A stretch of DNA of 64,000 nucleotides from Acidimicrobiia bacterium (GCA_012270885.1 JAAXHN010000032.1:28688-92687), one strand, 5' to 3'. Shown: positions 17,521 through 26,287, numbered from the stretch's first letter. Numbers and translations: made by a program. Notes: a model not told the origin generated them from the letters alone.

Positions 17521-20500
17521 ATGGCGGTTACCAATCACGAGCGGGTTGGCAAGGCTCTGACGCTGGTGCGTGACGCCATCCGTCCTGAAGTGGAGCAGAC
17601 TTGGCGCGGCCAGTTCGGCAACAAGTGGGTGCAGCAGGTGAGCGGAAGGATTCACCATCATGGTGGTCCCACTAGCCCCGATGATCTTGCCTTTCTGCTG
17701 AGGGGAATGGATGCCACCTGGGATCAGTTCTTCCGTCAAACTCAGTCCCGATCGACTCGTAGCTACCTGCATCTCCTTTGGGAGGCTCGCAACGAATGGG
17801 CGCACACAAAGCGTTTCAGTTCCGACGAAACCCTCCGCATCCTCGACCATTGTGAGATGATGCTTTTGGCATTCCAGGCCGGAGAGCCAGCAGAGGAGGT
17901 GCAGGAAATCAAACGCACTCTACTCCGCCAGGTGTATGCCGAAGAGCGGCGGACGGCGGAGCGCCGGGCCGCCGCTGGGGCCACCAAGGGGGCACCTCTT
18001 GCAGGTCTGAAGCCGTGGCGGGAAGTGATAACGCCTCATCCCGATGTGCGAGAGGGCCGTTTCGCCCAGGCCGAGTTCGCGGCCGATCTGCGCCAGGTGG
18101 TGAGAGGCGAAGCAGCGTCGGAGTACGGGGACCCCACCGATTTCTACGCCCGGACCTTCGTTACCGACGGGCTGAGGGATCTGATCCGCAACGCCGCCCG
18201 GCGCCTGTCCGGCCAGGGAGGCGACCCGGTGGTGGAGCTTCAAACCGGGTTCGGAGGCGGAAAGACTCACAGCCTGATTGGTCTCTATCATCTGGCCTCC
18301 GGACGGTCTGCTCTGCCGGGAGTGGGTGAGACGTTGGAGGAGGATTACCTGTCGGTTCCCGAGGAGGTGCGGCGGGCGGTGTTCACCGGACAGTTGACTT
18401 CGCCTTCTTCGCCCGTGGTCACGGTGGGAGACATCGAAATCCGGACCATGTGGGGCTACATCGCCTACCAGTTGGGAGGTGTAGAAGGATTTCGGATGGT
18501 GGCTGACGACGATCGCAACGCCACCAATCCCGGCGACAAGCTGGTGGAGTTGTTCCGCAGATACGGTCCGGTCCTGATCTTGATCGACGAATGGGTGGCC
18601 TACGCTCGTGGTCTGCCCATGGCAAACGGGGAGAGGCTGCTCCCCGCTGGTGATTTCGACACGCAGTTCACCTTCGCCCAGGCTTTGACCGAATCCGTGG
18701 CATCGGTGGACAATGCTCTGCTGGTGGTCTCGGTACCCGAATCAAGCGACCCGAGTACGGCGTCCGGCGATCCTCGGGAGGACAGTCTTGAGATCGGAGG
18801 AGAGAAAGGCCGTATGGCGCTCGACCGCTTGCGCCATGTGCTGGCTCGCAAGGCGTCACAGTGGCAACCGGCATCGTCCGAAGAGTCGTTCGAGATCGTG
18901 CGGCGCCGGCTGTTCGAGCCCCTGGAGTCGTCGATGGCCCGTCACAAGGACGCAGTGGTCAAGGCCTACCACAGGTTCTATCTGGACAACGCCCGAGAGT
19001 TTCCTTCAGAGACGAGGGAGCGAGACTACCTGAGGCGGATGGAAGCCGCCTATCCCATCCATCCTGAGTTCTTCGACCGCCTCTACCAGGACTGGTCGAC
19101 GCTCGAGCGGTTCCAGCGGACCCGTGGGGTACTGCGGTTGATGGCGAGTGTCATCTCTGAGTTGTGGGACCGCGACGATAAGTCTTTGATGATCATGCCG
19201 GGAGTCGTCCCGATGGACTCCGCGAAAGTGGTGACTGAACTAACCCGATATGTGGACGACCGCTGGAAACCGATCATCGACGCCGATGTAGACGGCCCCG
19301 GGTCGCTGCCTCTGCGCTTTGACCGGGATCGGAAGAACCTGGGCAGATACTGGGCCTGCCGCCGAGTGGCCCGCGCCACCTATTTGGGGTCGGCTCCTCT
19401 GCCGGTTGATCGGCGCGGAATCGACCGGACTCGCATCGTGCTGGGATGTGTCCAGCCTGGCGAGCGGCCGGGTGTGTTCGGTGACGCCCTCCGACACCTG
19501 GCGGGCGAGGCCACCTACCTCTACAACCAGCAGATGAGGTACTGGTACGACACCAAGCCGTCGTTGACCAAGATGGCGGCGGACCGGGCGCTCTCTAACT
19601 TCAGCGACGACGATGCGGATATCGAGTTGCGCGGACGGATGCAGAAGATCAGGGCCGGTGAACCGCTCGGCTTTGTCCATGTTTTCCCCGACGGGCCGGG
19701 AGACGTCCCGGATGAGGACGACAGAGTCCGGCTGGTGATCCTTCCCCCAAAGCAATATCACGAGAGAGGAGCTGAGTCTCCGGCGGAAGAGGCGGCCCAA
19801 GCAATCCTGGAGCAGCGTCGAGGTGGGCCTCGTATCAACCGGAACATGCTGGTGTTCCTGGCCGCCGAGAGGGCAAGGGTTCCCGAGTTGCGTCAGGCTG
19901 TTCGCAGTCAGATGGCTTGGCAGTCCATCATCGACGACCAGGGAGAGTTTGTTCTCAACCTAACTCCCGCCGACGTCCGCCAGGCCGAGACTAGGAGGGC
20001 TGAGGCAAAACGCACTGTGGAACTGCGGATTGAGGAGACGTTCAGCCAGGTGCTCTACCCGGTTCAGGCACCGGGTGAATCTGAAATCCGGTGGGCGGCG
20101 GTACGAGCAAGTTCCGTTGGCAACCTGGCCGAGCGGGTGGCCCGCAAACTGGAATCATCGGAACACCTGATCCCGAGTTACCACGGCACACGGGTCCGTC
20201 GAGATCTCGACCGAAAGGATGCCCGGTTGTGGAAAGGACCCGGCGACGGAACCCATGTCGGCATTCAAGACCTGTGGTCCTACTACTGCCGCTACCTCTA
20301 CATGCCGCGCCTTGCCGGTTTCGGCGTTCTCGCTACCGCGATCTCCGGGGGCGTGGGCAGTATGAGTTGGCAGACCGAGACCTTTGCCTATGCCGAGTCC
20401 TACGATGAAGAGTCCGACCGTTTCCTGGGCCTTCAAACAGCGCAGCATGTGGACGTGACGCGGAGTCTTGAGGCAGTGCTGGTCCATCCGGATCGGGCAT

Positions 20501-20844
20501 GGGCCCAGATCCAGGCTGACTCCGATGTCCCCAATGCTGGGGGAACTGACACAGACGGGAATGGCGGTGAAGGGAAGGGCGATGACCCCGACAGCGGAAC
20601 AGATCCCGACAAGCTTCCCCTCACCCGCTTCTACGGTCAGGTCGATTTGGATTCAGTGAGGGCCATTCGCGACCTGGAGAGCATCCTCAAGGAGGTCGTC
20701 TCGCATCTCCGCCGGGACGGCAAAGAGGTGACCATCTCGGTCGAGGTGAACGCAGAGGCCGAGGGATTCGACGCCCATACCATGCGGGTGGTGAGCGAAA
20801 ACGCTGCTCAACTCGGCTTCAAGGCACACGAATTCGAGGAGTAA
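17521..20844 (+). CDS. Swt1-like HEPN domain fused to DUF499 P-loop ATPase (defence-module ATPase)
   Basis: N-terminal HEPN signature LWEARNEWAHTKRF (R-x4-H at 17788-17805). Walker A GFGGGKTHSLIGL and Walker B VLILIDEWVAY. About 1100 aa, typical of DUF499 proteins. Starts 4 nt after the methyltransferase stop. Confidence 0.8.
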   Translation: MAVTNHERVGKALTLVRDAIRPEVEQTWRGQFGNKWVQQVSGRIHHHGGPTSPDDLAFLLRGMDATWDQFFRQTQSRSTRSYLHLLWEARNEWAHTKRFSSDETLRILDHCEMMLLAFQAGEPAEEVQEIKRTLLRQVYAEERRTAERRAAAGATKGAPLAGLKPWREVITPHPDVREGRFAQAEFAADLRQVVRGEAASEYGDPTDFYARTFVTDGLRDLIRNAARRLSGQGGDPVVELQTGFGGGKTHSLIGLYHLASGRSALPGVGETLEEDYLSVPEEVRRAVFTGQLTSPSSPVVTVGDIEIRTMWGYIAYQLGGVEGFRMVADDDRNATNPGDKLVELFRRYGPVLILIDEWVAYARGLPMANGERLLPAGDFDTQFTFAQALTESVASVDNALLVVSVPESSDPSTASGDPREDSLEIGGEKGRMALDRLRHVLARKASQWQPASSEESFEIVRRRLFEPLESSMARHKDAVVKAYHRFYLDNAREFPSETRERDYLRRMEAAYPIHPEFFDRLYQDWSTLERFQRTRGVLRLMASVISELWDRDDKSLMIMPGVVPMDSAKVVTELTRYVDDRWKPIIDADVDGPGSLPLRFDRDRKNLGRYWACRRVARATYLGSAPLPVDRRGIDRTRIVLGCVQPGERPGVFGDALRHLAGEATYLYNQQMRYWYDTKPSLTKMAADRALSNFSDDDADIELRGRMQKIRAGEPLGFVHVFPDGPGDVPDEDDRVRLVILPPKQYHERGAESPAEEAAQAILEQRRGGPRINRNMLVFLAAERARVPELRQAVRSQMAWQSIIDDQGEFVLNLTPADVRQAETRRAEAKRTVELRIEETFSQVLYPVQAPGESEIRWAAVRASSVGNLAERVARKLESSEHLIPSYHGTRVRRDLDRKDARLWKGPGDGTHVGIQDLWSYYCRYLYMPRLAGFGVLATAISGGVGSMSWQTETFAYAESYDEESDRFLGLQTAQHVDVTRSLEAVLVHPDRAWAQIQADSDVPNAGGTDTDGNGGEGKGDDPDSGTDPDKLPLTRFYGQVDLDSVRAIRDLESILKEVVSHLRRDGKEVTISVEVNAEAEGFDAHTMRVVSENAAQLGFKAHEFEE

Positions 20845-20919
20845 CCCTCCGAGAAATAGCGTCTCATCAGGGAGTGTCAACCTCAAGGGTCCCTGGCAAC
20901 CAGCGATGCCGGGTGCCCG

Positions 20920-21906
20920 CTAGTTGGCTTCCCCTCTCCGATCCTGCTGCACGATCACCTTTCGGTGCGGATAGGGTATGTCTATCCCGGCGGCGTCCAG
21001 GGCCTCCTTGATCCGGAGACGCAACTCGCGTTCGGTTCGCCACTGCAGGGAAGGCCTGGTCTTGGCCCGAACCCGTATGAAGATGCCGGATTCGCCCAAC
21101 TCCTGAACGCCTTTGACCTCGGGGGGTTCGGACAACTCGTCCCCGCCCCACTCGGGGTCGTTCCACATGTCGTCGCCGGCTTGGCGGATCACTCTTATCG
21201 CCTCTCGCAGGTCACACTCGTATGAGACCTCTATGTCCACCTGCGCCCGGGCCCACAACTGGGAGTAGTTTCCGACGAACTCGATGTTGCCGTTGGGAAC
21301 GGTCCAGACGACACCCTGGCGGGTGCGGATTGATGTCGACCTCAGGGATATTCTCTCCACGGTCCCGCGCCCTCGCCCGAAATCTATGTCGTCCCCGACG
21401 CTGTAGATGTCCTCGATCATGGTGAAGACACCGCTCAGGAAGTCCCGGACCACGGTTTGAGAGCCAAAGCCGATGGCGATGCCGAGGATGCCGGCGCCCG
21501 CTATGAGCGGACCCAGGTCGATGTTGAGTTGGCCGAGGGCCAGCAGGATCGTAAACGTCCATATCCCGAATAGGGCTATGCTGCGAAGCACCCCGGCAAG
21601 GGTCTCTGCTCTGGCTTTGGCTCGTAGCTTTTCCGCCTCTATCGAGACAGTGGGATCCCGCCCTATTTCCCTGAGGTCCGGACGTGCGAGCCGTGCTGTG
21701 AAACGGTCGATGGCCCGTTTAACGACGTGAGAAGCCACCCATCCGCCCACCAGTATCAGCAGCACGAGCAATCCGGGGCCCACCAGCCAAGTGGCCATGT
21801 CCGCAAGGACCCGGCTGCCGGTCCACTCAAACACCTTTACACATACGATGTTCGTCTGATCACCGCAGGCCGGCACGGTGGTGCTCCCTTGAGCTATGAG
21901 GAACAT
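20920..21906 (-). CDS. small-conductance mechanosensitive channel (MscS family)
   Basis: TM helices followed by GAGILGIAIGFGSQTVVRDFLSGVFTMIEDIYSVGDDIDFGRGRGTVERISLRSTSIRTRQGVVWTVPNG. Confidence 0.85.
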   Translation of the reverse strand: MFLIAQGSTTVPACGDQTNIVCVKVFEWTGSRVLADMATWLVGPGLLVLLILVGGWVASHVVKRAIDRFTARLARPDLREIGRDPTVSIEAEKLRAKARAETLAGVLRSIALFGIWTFTILLALGQLNIDLGPLIAGAGILGIAIGFGSQTVVRDFLSGVFTMIEDIYSVGDDIDFGRGRGTVERISLRSTSIRTRQGVVWTVPNGNIEFVGNYSQLWARAQVDIEVSYECDLREAIRVIRQAGDDMWNDPEWGGDELSEPPEVKGVQELGESGIFIRVRAKTRPSLQWRTERELRLRIKEALDAAGIDIPYPHRKVIVQQDRRGEAN

Positions 21907-22104
21907 GGCATGGCTACCTGCGTTCGACTCGACAAAACGTGGGTCAGAAGTCTACTGACGGCCGTACAGCGGGAGGGTGGGGGCAGACACCAGGCGAAAC
22001 GTCCGACGGACAGACCTTCCTGAGCGGGGCGATGCCGGTGAGTGCTCTTGCCAAGGTGGTCTTTCCCGCACCCCTCTCACCCGCCACACCGCATGCAGTG
22101 CCCG

Positions 22105-22500
22105 TCAAGAGGGCGGCATGTGAAAGCGGCAGAAGGGCCCCGGGGCGTTCGCCAGTCGTTCGTCAAGAGTCGCCATCGGTACTCCAAGCGCTTCTGCCAA
22201 GGCCACATACCAAGCGTCGTATACGCTGAGAGTGTCTCGTAACTGCCAGATTCGTTCCGCAAAGGGAAGGAAGGGATAAAGTTCCACGGGAGTTTGGAGA
22301 AGATCGGCAAAAGCCAAGGTGGCGATTTCGGGTGGCAGCCGTTTGTTCAACTGTGCCCTCCGGAGGGCGTGGGTCGCTTCTGCGATGACTAAGTGAGGAG
22401 CGGCAAACGGCCCCTTGCGAAGCTTTGATCTGGCCCAAACTCCCCGGCGGTCCGAGTCGACTAAGGCGCTGACTAGGACCGAGGCATCAACAACCGTCAC
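22105..22500 (-). CDS. vapC: PIN-domain toxin VapC
   Basis: MTVVDASVLVSALV.., HLVIAEATHAL, SVYDAWYVALAEALGVPMATLDERL. 4-nt overlap with the upstream antitoxin. Confidence 0.85.
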   Translation of the reverse strand: MTVVDASVLVSALVDSDRRGVWARSKLRKGPFAAPHLVIAEATHALRRAQLNKRLPPEIATLAFADLLQTPVELYPFLPFAERIWQLRDTLSVYDAWYVALAEALGVPMATLDERLANAPGPFCRFHMPPS

Positions 22501-22733
22501 CGACGGCCGTCATGAATGTAGGACAGGATCTCCTCAGAAGACAGCTTCGTCTGGCTTACTTGAACACGCCGTTCAACTTGAGCCAGCCAATACTCGATGT
22601 CAGGTTTGTCTGCCAGGACGATCAACTCCCGTCGAAGGTACTCCTGCAGGGAACGACCGCTTCGCGCCGCCCGGGCTGCAAGTTCGTCTCTTGTCCGGTC
22701 AGGAACATTTCGGATGGTGATGGAAGTAGGCAT
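22497..22733 (-). CDS. vapB: FitA/VapB-like antitoxin
   Basis: MPTSITIRNVPDRTRDELAARAARSGRSLQEYLRRELIVLA. Start placed at the Met of MPTSITIRN (complement of 22731-22733). The longer track ORF translates an AT-rich promoter region. Confidence 0.75.
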   Translation of the reverse strand: MPTSITIRNVPDRTRDELAARAARSGRSLQEYLRRELIVLADKPDIEYWLAQVERRVQVSQTKLSSEEILSYIHDGRR

Positions 22734-22736
22734 TGC

Positions 22737-22769
22737 ATGCATTATATAGTTGTTGCTGTTATTATGCAT
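22737..22769 (-). promoter_or_regulatory. inverted repeat ATGCATAATA-N13-TATAATGCAT with a TATAAT box 7 nt upstream of the vapB ATG (probable leaderless promoter/operator)
   Basis: Plus strand has ATGCATTATA at 22737-22746 and TATTATGCAT at 22760-22769 (9/10 complementary). The minus-sense TATAAT is the complement of 22741-22746, followed by a 7-nt spacer and then the ATG. No Shine-Dalgarno is visible. Confidence 0.4.
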
Positions 22770-22827
22770 GTAGGTTCGACGTGACGCCAACTCAATGGCG
22801 CATTGAGAAGTATCCTGGGTACTAGAA

Positions 22828-23049
22828 ATGGCCGACCAACTTGATGTAGATGCGATGATCGCCCGTTATCGGGGCAGGGCGGAGGCGGTGCAGAACCGCT
22901 CGCTCCCTCCGGTGGCGGGCGAGGAACGACGGCGGTTCATCCAGCAGGCCGAGGAGGACTACATGGACTACTCGCTGGTGGGAGCGGCGAAGTGGTCGGT
23001 GGAGGAAGGCCACTTGGTACTGCGCATTCCGCTGGGTCGTGGGGGCTAA
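22828..23049 (+). CDS. hypothetical small protein (73 aa)
   Basis: ORF with a plausible non-shadow composition (MADQLDVDAMIARYRGRAEAVQNRSLPPVAGEERRRFIQQAEEDYMDY..). No family recognised. Confidence 0.4.
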   Translation: MADQLDVDAMIARYRGRAEAVQNRSLPPVAGEERRRFIQQAEEDYMDYSLVGAAKWSVEEGHLVLRIPLGRGG

Positions 23050-24683
23050 AACTCCAGCGGCAAGGGCATGGATTGTCCCAAGAGACGCCTTTCTAAGCGG
23101 CGCCCAGCTTCCAGCCTCTCTAAATCCACCCCGTCGGTGTTGAGATACTTAAAGGCGTTGGCGATGCGGGTGTGGCCCGCCACCTCCGCGATCTGGCGGT
23201 GCATCTCTATGCACACCCGCCGGTAATTGGGATGGCCGGCGGGTTGGGTGCGCAGTTCGATCAGATGTAGGGCCTGCCGGGCGTTCATCTCCATCATGAA
23301 CCTGATGTGATAGGCGAATGGCACGGCGTACTGGGCGACCTGACGGCCCAGGGAGGTCCGCACCCGCTCATAGAACTCCCCGGCCTCTTCCAGGGTCCGA
23401 TCCCAGAGGCCGTCCAGGCCGGCGTCGGCCAACTCCTCGGGTCGCTCGTGGCCGAGCCGCGTGGTGAGCGGCTGCCACTCGATGGTCATCATGCGGTGGC
23501 GCTGCAGATCCCGGAACGCCCCGAAGTCGCACACCACGTCGAAGCGGTAGTAGCTTCGCTCCAGGGCCCGACCCGGCTTGTGGCGGCGGTTTCGGCGTTC
23601 TCCCACCATCGACGCCACCAACTCGGTGACCTGCTCCGATGACATTCCGTCCACGGTCTCCCGCAGTTTGGCATCGGGGAGTTCGGAGACGCTGTACAGT
23701 GCGGCGGCAGCCAGCTTCCGCTCCGCGTCGGGATCCCAGTCGGTGAGGGTCACCTCGGCTGCCGGAGCCGGGCTGACGCCCAGGCGTTCGGCAATCTCCT
23801 CCAGACGGAAGCCGGTCTCGGAGAGATAATTGCTCCACAGCACTCCCCGGTCGGGAAGGTCCACCCGGGTGAGGAAGGAGGGGATCACCTTGCGAAGTTC
23901 GGTGAGCATCATCGCACCATAGTCCCGCACTTCCCTCAGGGGATGAGCCTGCATGCGGATCAGCGCCATCTCATAGGCCTGGCCGGTGGCGTAAATGCCC
24001 ATGTTGGAGAGCGTCGAGGCGGGGAGAAGTCCCCGGATGGAGTCGAAGGCCTTGGCCCGGATGGCGGCCCGGTGTATCCAAGCCGGGTCCCCTTCCCGGC
24101 GGGGGTGGCGCTGGGTGAAGTACTGGATCATCACCGGGCGCATCTCCCGGTAGGTCTCGAACAGGCGGTTCATCATGGCCAGGTAATCGTCCCGGAGGGG
24201 TGACTCCTCGACCTCGGGCGGGAGAAAGAACCGGTAGCCGTCCCCGAGTCGCTGGTCGTAGGCGATGTAGCGGGTGGACTGCTCGAGGTAGGCGGCCAGG
24301 CGTCCCCATTCCAGGACCTTGGTCAGAAGGTTCGAGGCCTGCTCGCAGGCCAGATGGACTCCTCCCAGCTGCGCTACCGAGTCGTCTCCGTACTCGTAAA
24401 AGACCCGTTTGTAGAGGTCCTCGGCCCGCTTGAGCTTGATGAGGGGATCATCGGGGCTCATTTCGTCGGCGATGGCCTCGATTCCGGTGTCGGGATCTGT
24501 GACGAACTCGTCCAGGAAGAGCCGGCGGAGGGACTTGTGGGTTCTGCTGTAGCGGGCGAACAAAGCGCCCTTCACGACCTCGGGGAGATTGACCAGAGCG
24601 AACACCGGCCCGTCGAGGTCTGTGAAGAAACGGCTCAGAATCCCGCGCTCGGACTCGGTGAAGGACTCTTGGTGGTACGCCAT
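23046..24683 (-). CDS. double-length ThyX-like (FAD-dependent thymidylate synthase-like) protein
   Basis: 545 aa. The C-terminal half has FRDLQRHRMMT (the RHR of the ThyX motif). The N-terminal half has LEQSTRY (the S-x-RY part) but WGR in place of RHR. Confidence 0.6.
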   Translation of the reverse strand: MAYHQESFTESERGILSRFFTDLDGPVFALVNLPEVVKGALFARYSRTHKSLRRLFLDEFVTDPDTGIEAIADEMSPDDPLIKLKRAEDLYKRVFYEYGDDSVAQLGGVHLACEQASNLLTKVLEWGRLAAYLEQSTRYIAYDQRLGDGYRFFLPPEVEESPLRDDYLAMMNRLFETYREMRPVMIQYFTQRHPRREGDPAWIHRAAIRAKAFDSIRGLLPASTLSNMGIYATGQAYEMALIRMQAHPLREVRDYGAMMLTELRKVIPSFLTRVDLPDRGVLWSNYLSETGFRLEEIAERLGVSPAPAAEVTLTDWDPDAERKLAAAALYSVSELPDAKLRETVDGMSSEQVTELVASMVGERRNRRHKPGRALERSYYRFDVVCDFGAFRDLQRHRMMTIEWQPLTTRLGHERPEELADAGLDGLWDRTLEEAGEFYERVRTSLGRQVAQYAVPFAYHIRFMMEMNARQALHLIELRTQPAGHPNYRRVCIEMHRQIAEVAGHTRIANAFKYLNTDGVDLERLEAGRRLERRLLGQSMPLPLEF

Positions 24684-24712
24684 GGAGCTAATAATGATAT
24701 GGGAGGCCCGTC

Positions 24713-25012
24713 ATGCGGTACCGTAACACTCCCATGGGGTCGGTCGTCTTTCGCGTTGTGATCGGAGCGCTGGTGGTGTTCGCCATCGTCCTGGCGGTGA
24801 TCCCCCTGCTGGCCGCCCTGGACCTGGCCCGGGGAGGGAGTGGATTCGGGATCTGTCCGGACGGGGTGTGGCTGTGCTCGGATCCGTACCTGCCGGTGGT
24901 CCGGCTGACCGGCCTGGTGGGACTGGGCATGGGGGCCGTGGCGGTGGGGATCCGCTTCGCCCGCCGCGGGCTCCGGTGGGCCGAACGCCAGGAGATGCCC
25001 CCTCCCGGGTAG
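24713..25012 (+). CDS. hypothetical small membrane protein
   Basis: Two hydrophobic helices (VVFRVVIGALVVFAIVLAVIPLLAAL; LTGLVGLGMGAVAVGI). No family recognised. Confidence 0.4.
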   Translation: MRYRNTPMGSVVFRVVIGALVVFAIVLAVIPLLAALDLARGGSGFGICPDGVWLCSDPYLPVVRLTGLVGLGMGAVAVGIRFARRGLRWAERQEMPPPG

Positions 25013-25049
25013 CGGACGTCCCAGACGGTCGGCAGGCGTGACTTGAGAG

Positions 25050-25529
25050 TCATTCGCCCCGGAGCCGGATGCCCATCTCCTCCAGGCTTTCGGTGGCGAT
25101 GAACAGTCCCTCCGACGAAGCGCATACCGCCTCTCCCGACACCAACTCGGCGTGAATTACGAGGCGCTTACCACGGCGTTCGGTGACCCGGCCCCGCACC
25201 CACAGTTCGGGGTCGTCCACCCGGGCGGGACGGTGGAAACGGACCTCGATGCGGCCGGTGACCACCATCGTGTGATGGGACAGGATCGCCGCCCACACCG
25301 AGATCTCATCGAGCGTGGTGGTGACCACCCCGCCGTGGAGGGTCCCGTAGGTTCCCCTCAGCTCTTCGCGGGGATGGAAGTCGGCTACGGCGTGGCCGTC
25401 ACGGGTGCGAAATCCTTCCATCCGTAGCCCGTGAGGATTGGCGCTGCCGCAGGCGAAGCACCCCTCCCCGTAGTAGTCTCGCACATCGGAGATCAGTTCC
25501 CGGACGGCCTGGCTGCTGAGGTCCTTCAT
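25050..25529 (-). CDS. PaaI-family hotdog-fold thioesterase
   Basis: CFACGSANPHGLRM..GTLHGGVVTTTLDEISVWAA is typical of PaaI/YbgC-like thioesterases. Confidence 0.75.
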   Translation of the reverse strand: MKDLSSQAVRELISDVRDYYGEGCFACGSANPHGLRMEGFRTRDGHAVADFHPREELRGTYGTLHGGVVTTTLDEISVWAAILSHHTMVVTGRIEVRFHRPARVDDPELWVRGRVTERRGKRLVIHAELVSGEAVCASSEGLFIATESLEEMGIRLRGE

Positions 25530-25609
25530 GGCTTGGGTTTATTGACCGCCGCCGGCATGCCATTCGATGCCCGGGGAGAGGCGGCGGGCTCAACTAGCAT
25601 CGGAGGGGA

Positions 25610-26287
25610 GTGGCATCCAAGTTCCTATCGGACGGTAGCGCGCCCACCCCCGCCCAGCGGGGCAAGGCGCGGGCGGTGCTCAATCGTCTGATCCGCCGCT
25701 ATCGGTCCGCCCAGACGGCGCTCGACTACGCCAACCCCTGGGAGTTGCTGGTCTCCACCGTGCTTTCGGCCCAGACCACCGACGAGAACGTCAACCGGGT
25801 GACGCCGGCCCTCTTCCGGCGGTGGCCCACCGCGGAGGACCTGGCCGGCGCCTGCATCGAGGAGGTGGAGAGCGTGGTTTTCTCCACCGGCTTCTACCGC
25901 CAGAAGGCCCGCTCGATCACCGAACTCTCCCGGGACCTGACGCAGAGGTACGGGGGAGTGGTGCCTGCTGAACTCGAGGAACTGATCACCCTGCGGGGGG
26001 TGGGGAGAAAGACGGCCAGCGTGGTGTTGGCCGAGGCGTTCGGCGTTCCCGCCATCGCGGTCGACACCCATGTCCGGCGGGTGACTGGAAGGATCGGACT
26101 CACCCTCCAAACCGACCCCCAGAAGATCGAGACAGATCTCAAGGCCCTGTATCCGACCAAGGCATGGGGCGGCATCTCTATGAGGTTCATACAGTTCGGA
26201 CGGGACATCTGCGACGCCCGGGCGCCTCGATGCGGAGAGTGCGAGATGTTATTCGACGGCTTGTGCGACTGGCCGGACCGTTCCTGA
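25610..26287 (+). CDS. nth: endonuclease III
   Basis: PWELLVSTVLSAQTTDENVNRV, HhH-GPD LRGVGRKTASVVLAEAFGVPAIAVDTHVRRV, and C-terminal 4Fe-4S Cys cluster C..ARAPRCGECEM....C. Confidence 0.9.
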   Translation: MASKFLSDGSAPTPAQRGKARAVLNRLIRRYRSAQTALDYANPWELLVSTVLSAQTTDENVNRVTPALFRRWPTAEDLAGACIEEVESVVFSTGFYRQKARSITELSRDLTQRYGGVVPAELEELITLRGVGRKTASVVLAEAFGVPAIAVDTHVRRVTGRIGLTLQTDPQKIETDLKALYPTKAWGGISMRFIQFGRDICDARAPRCGECEMLFDGLCDWPDRS

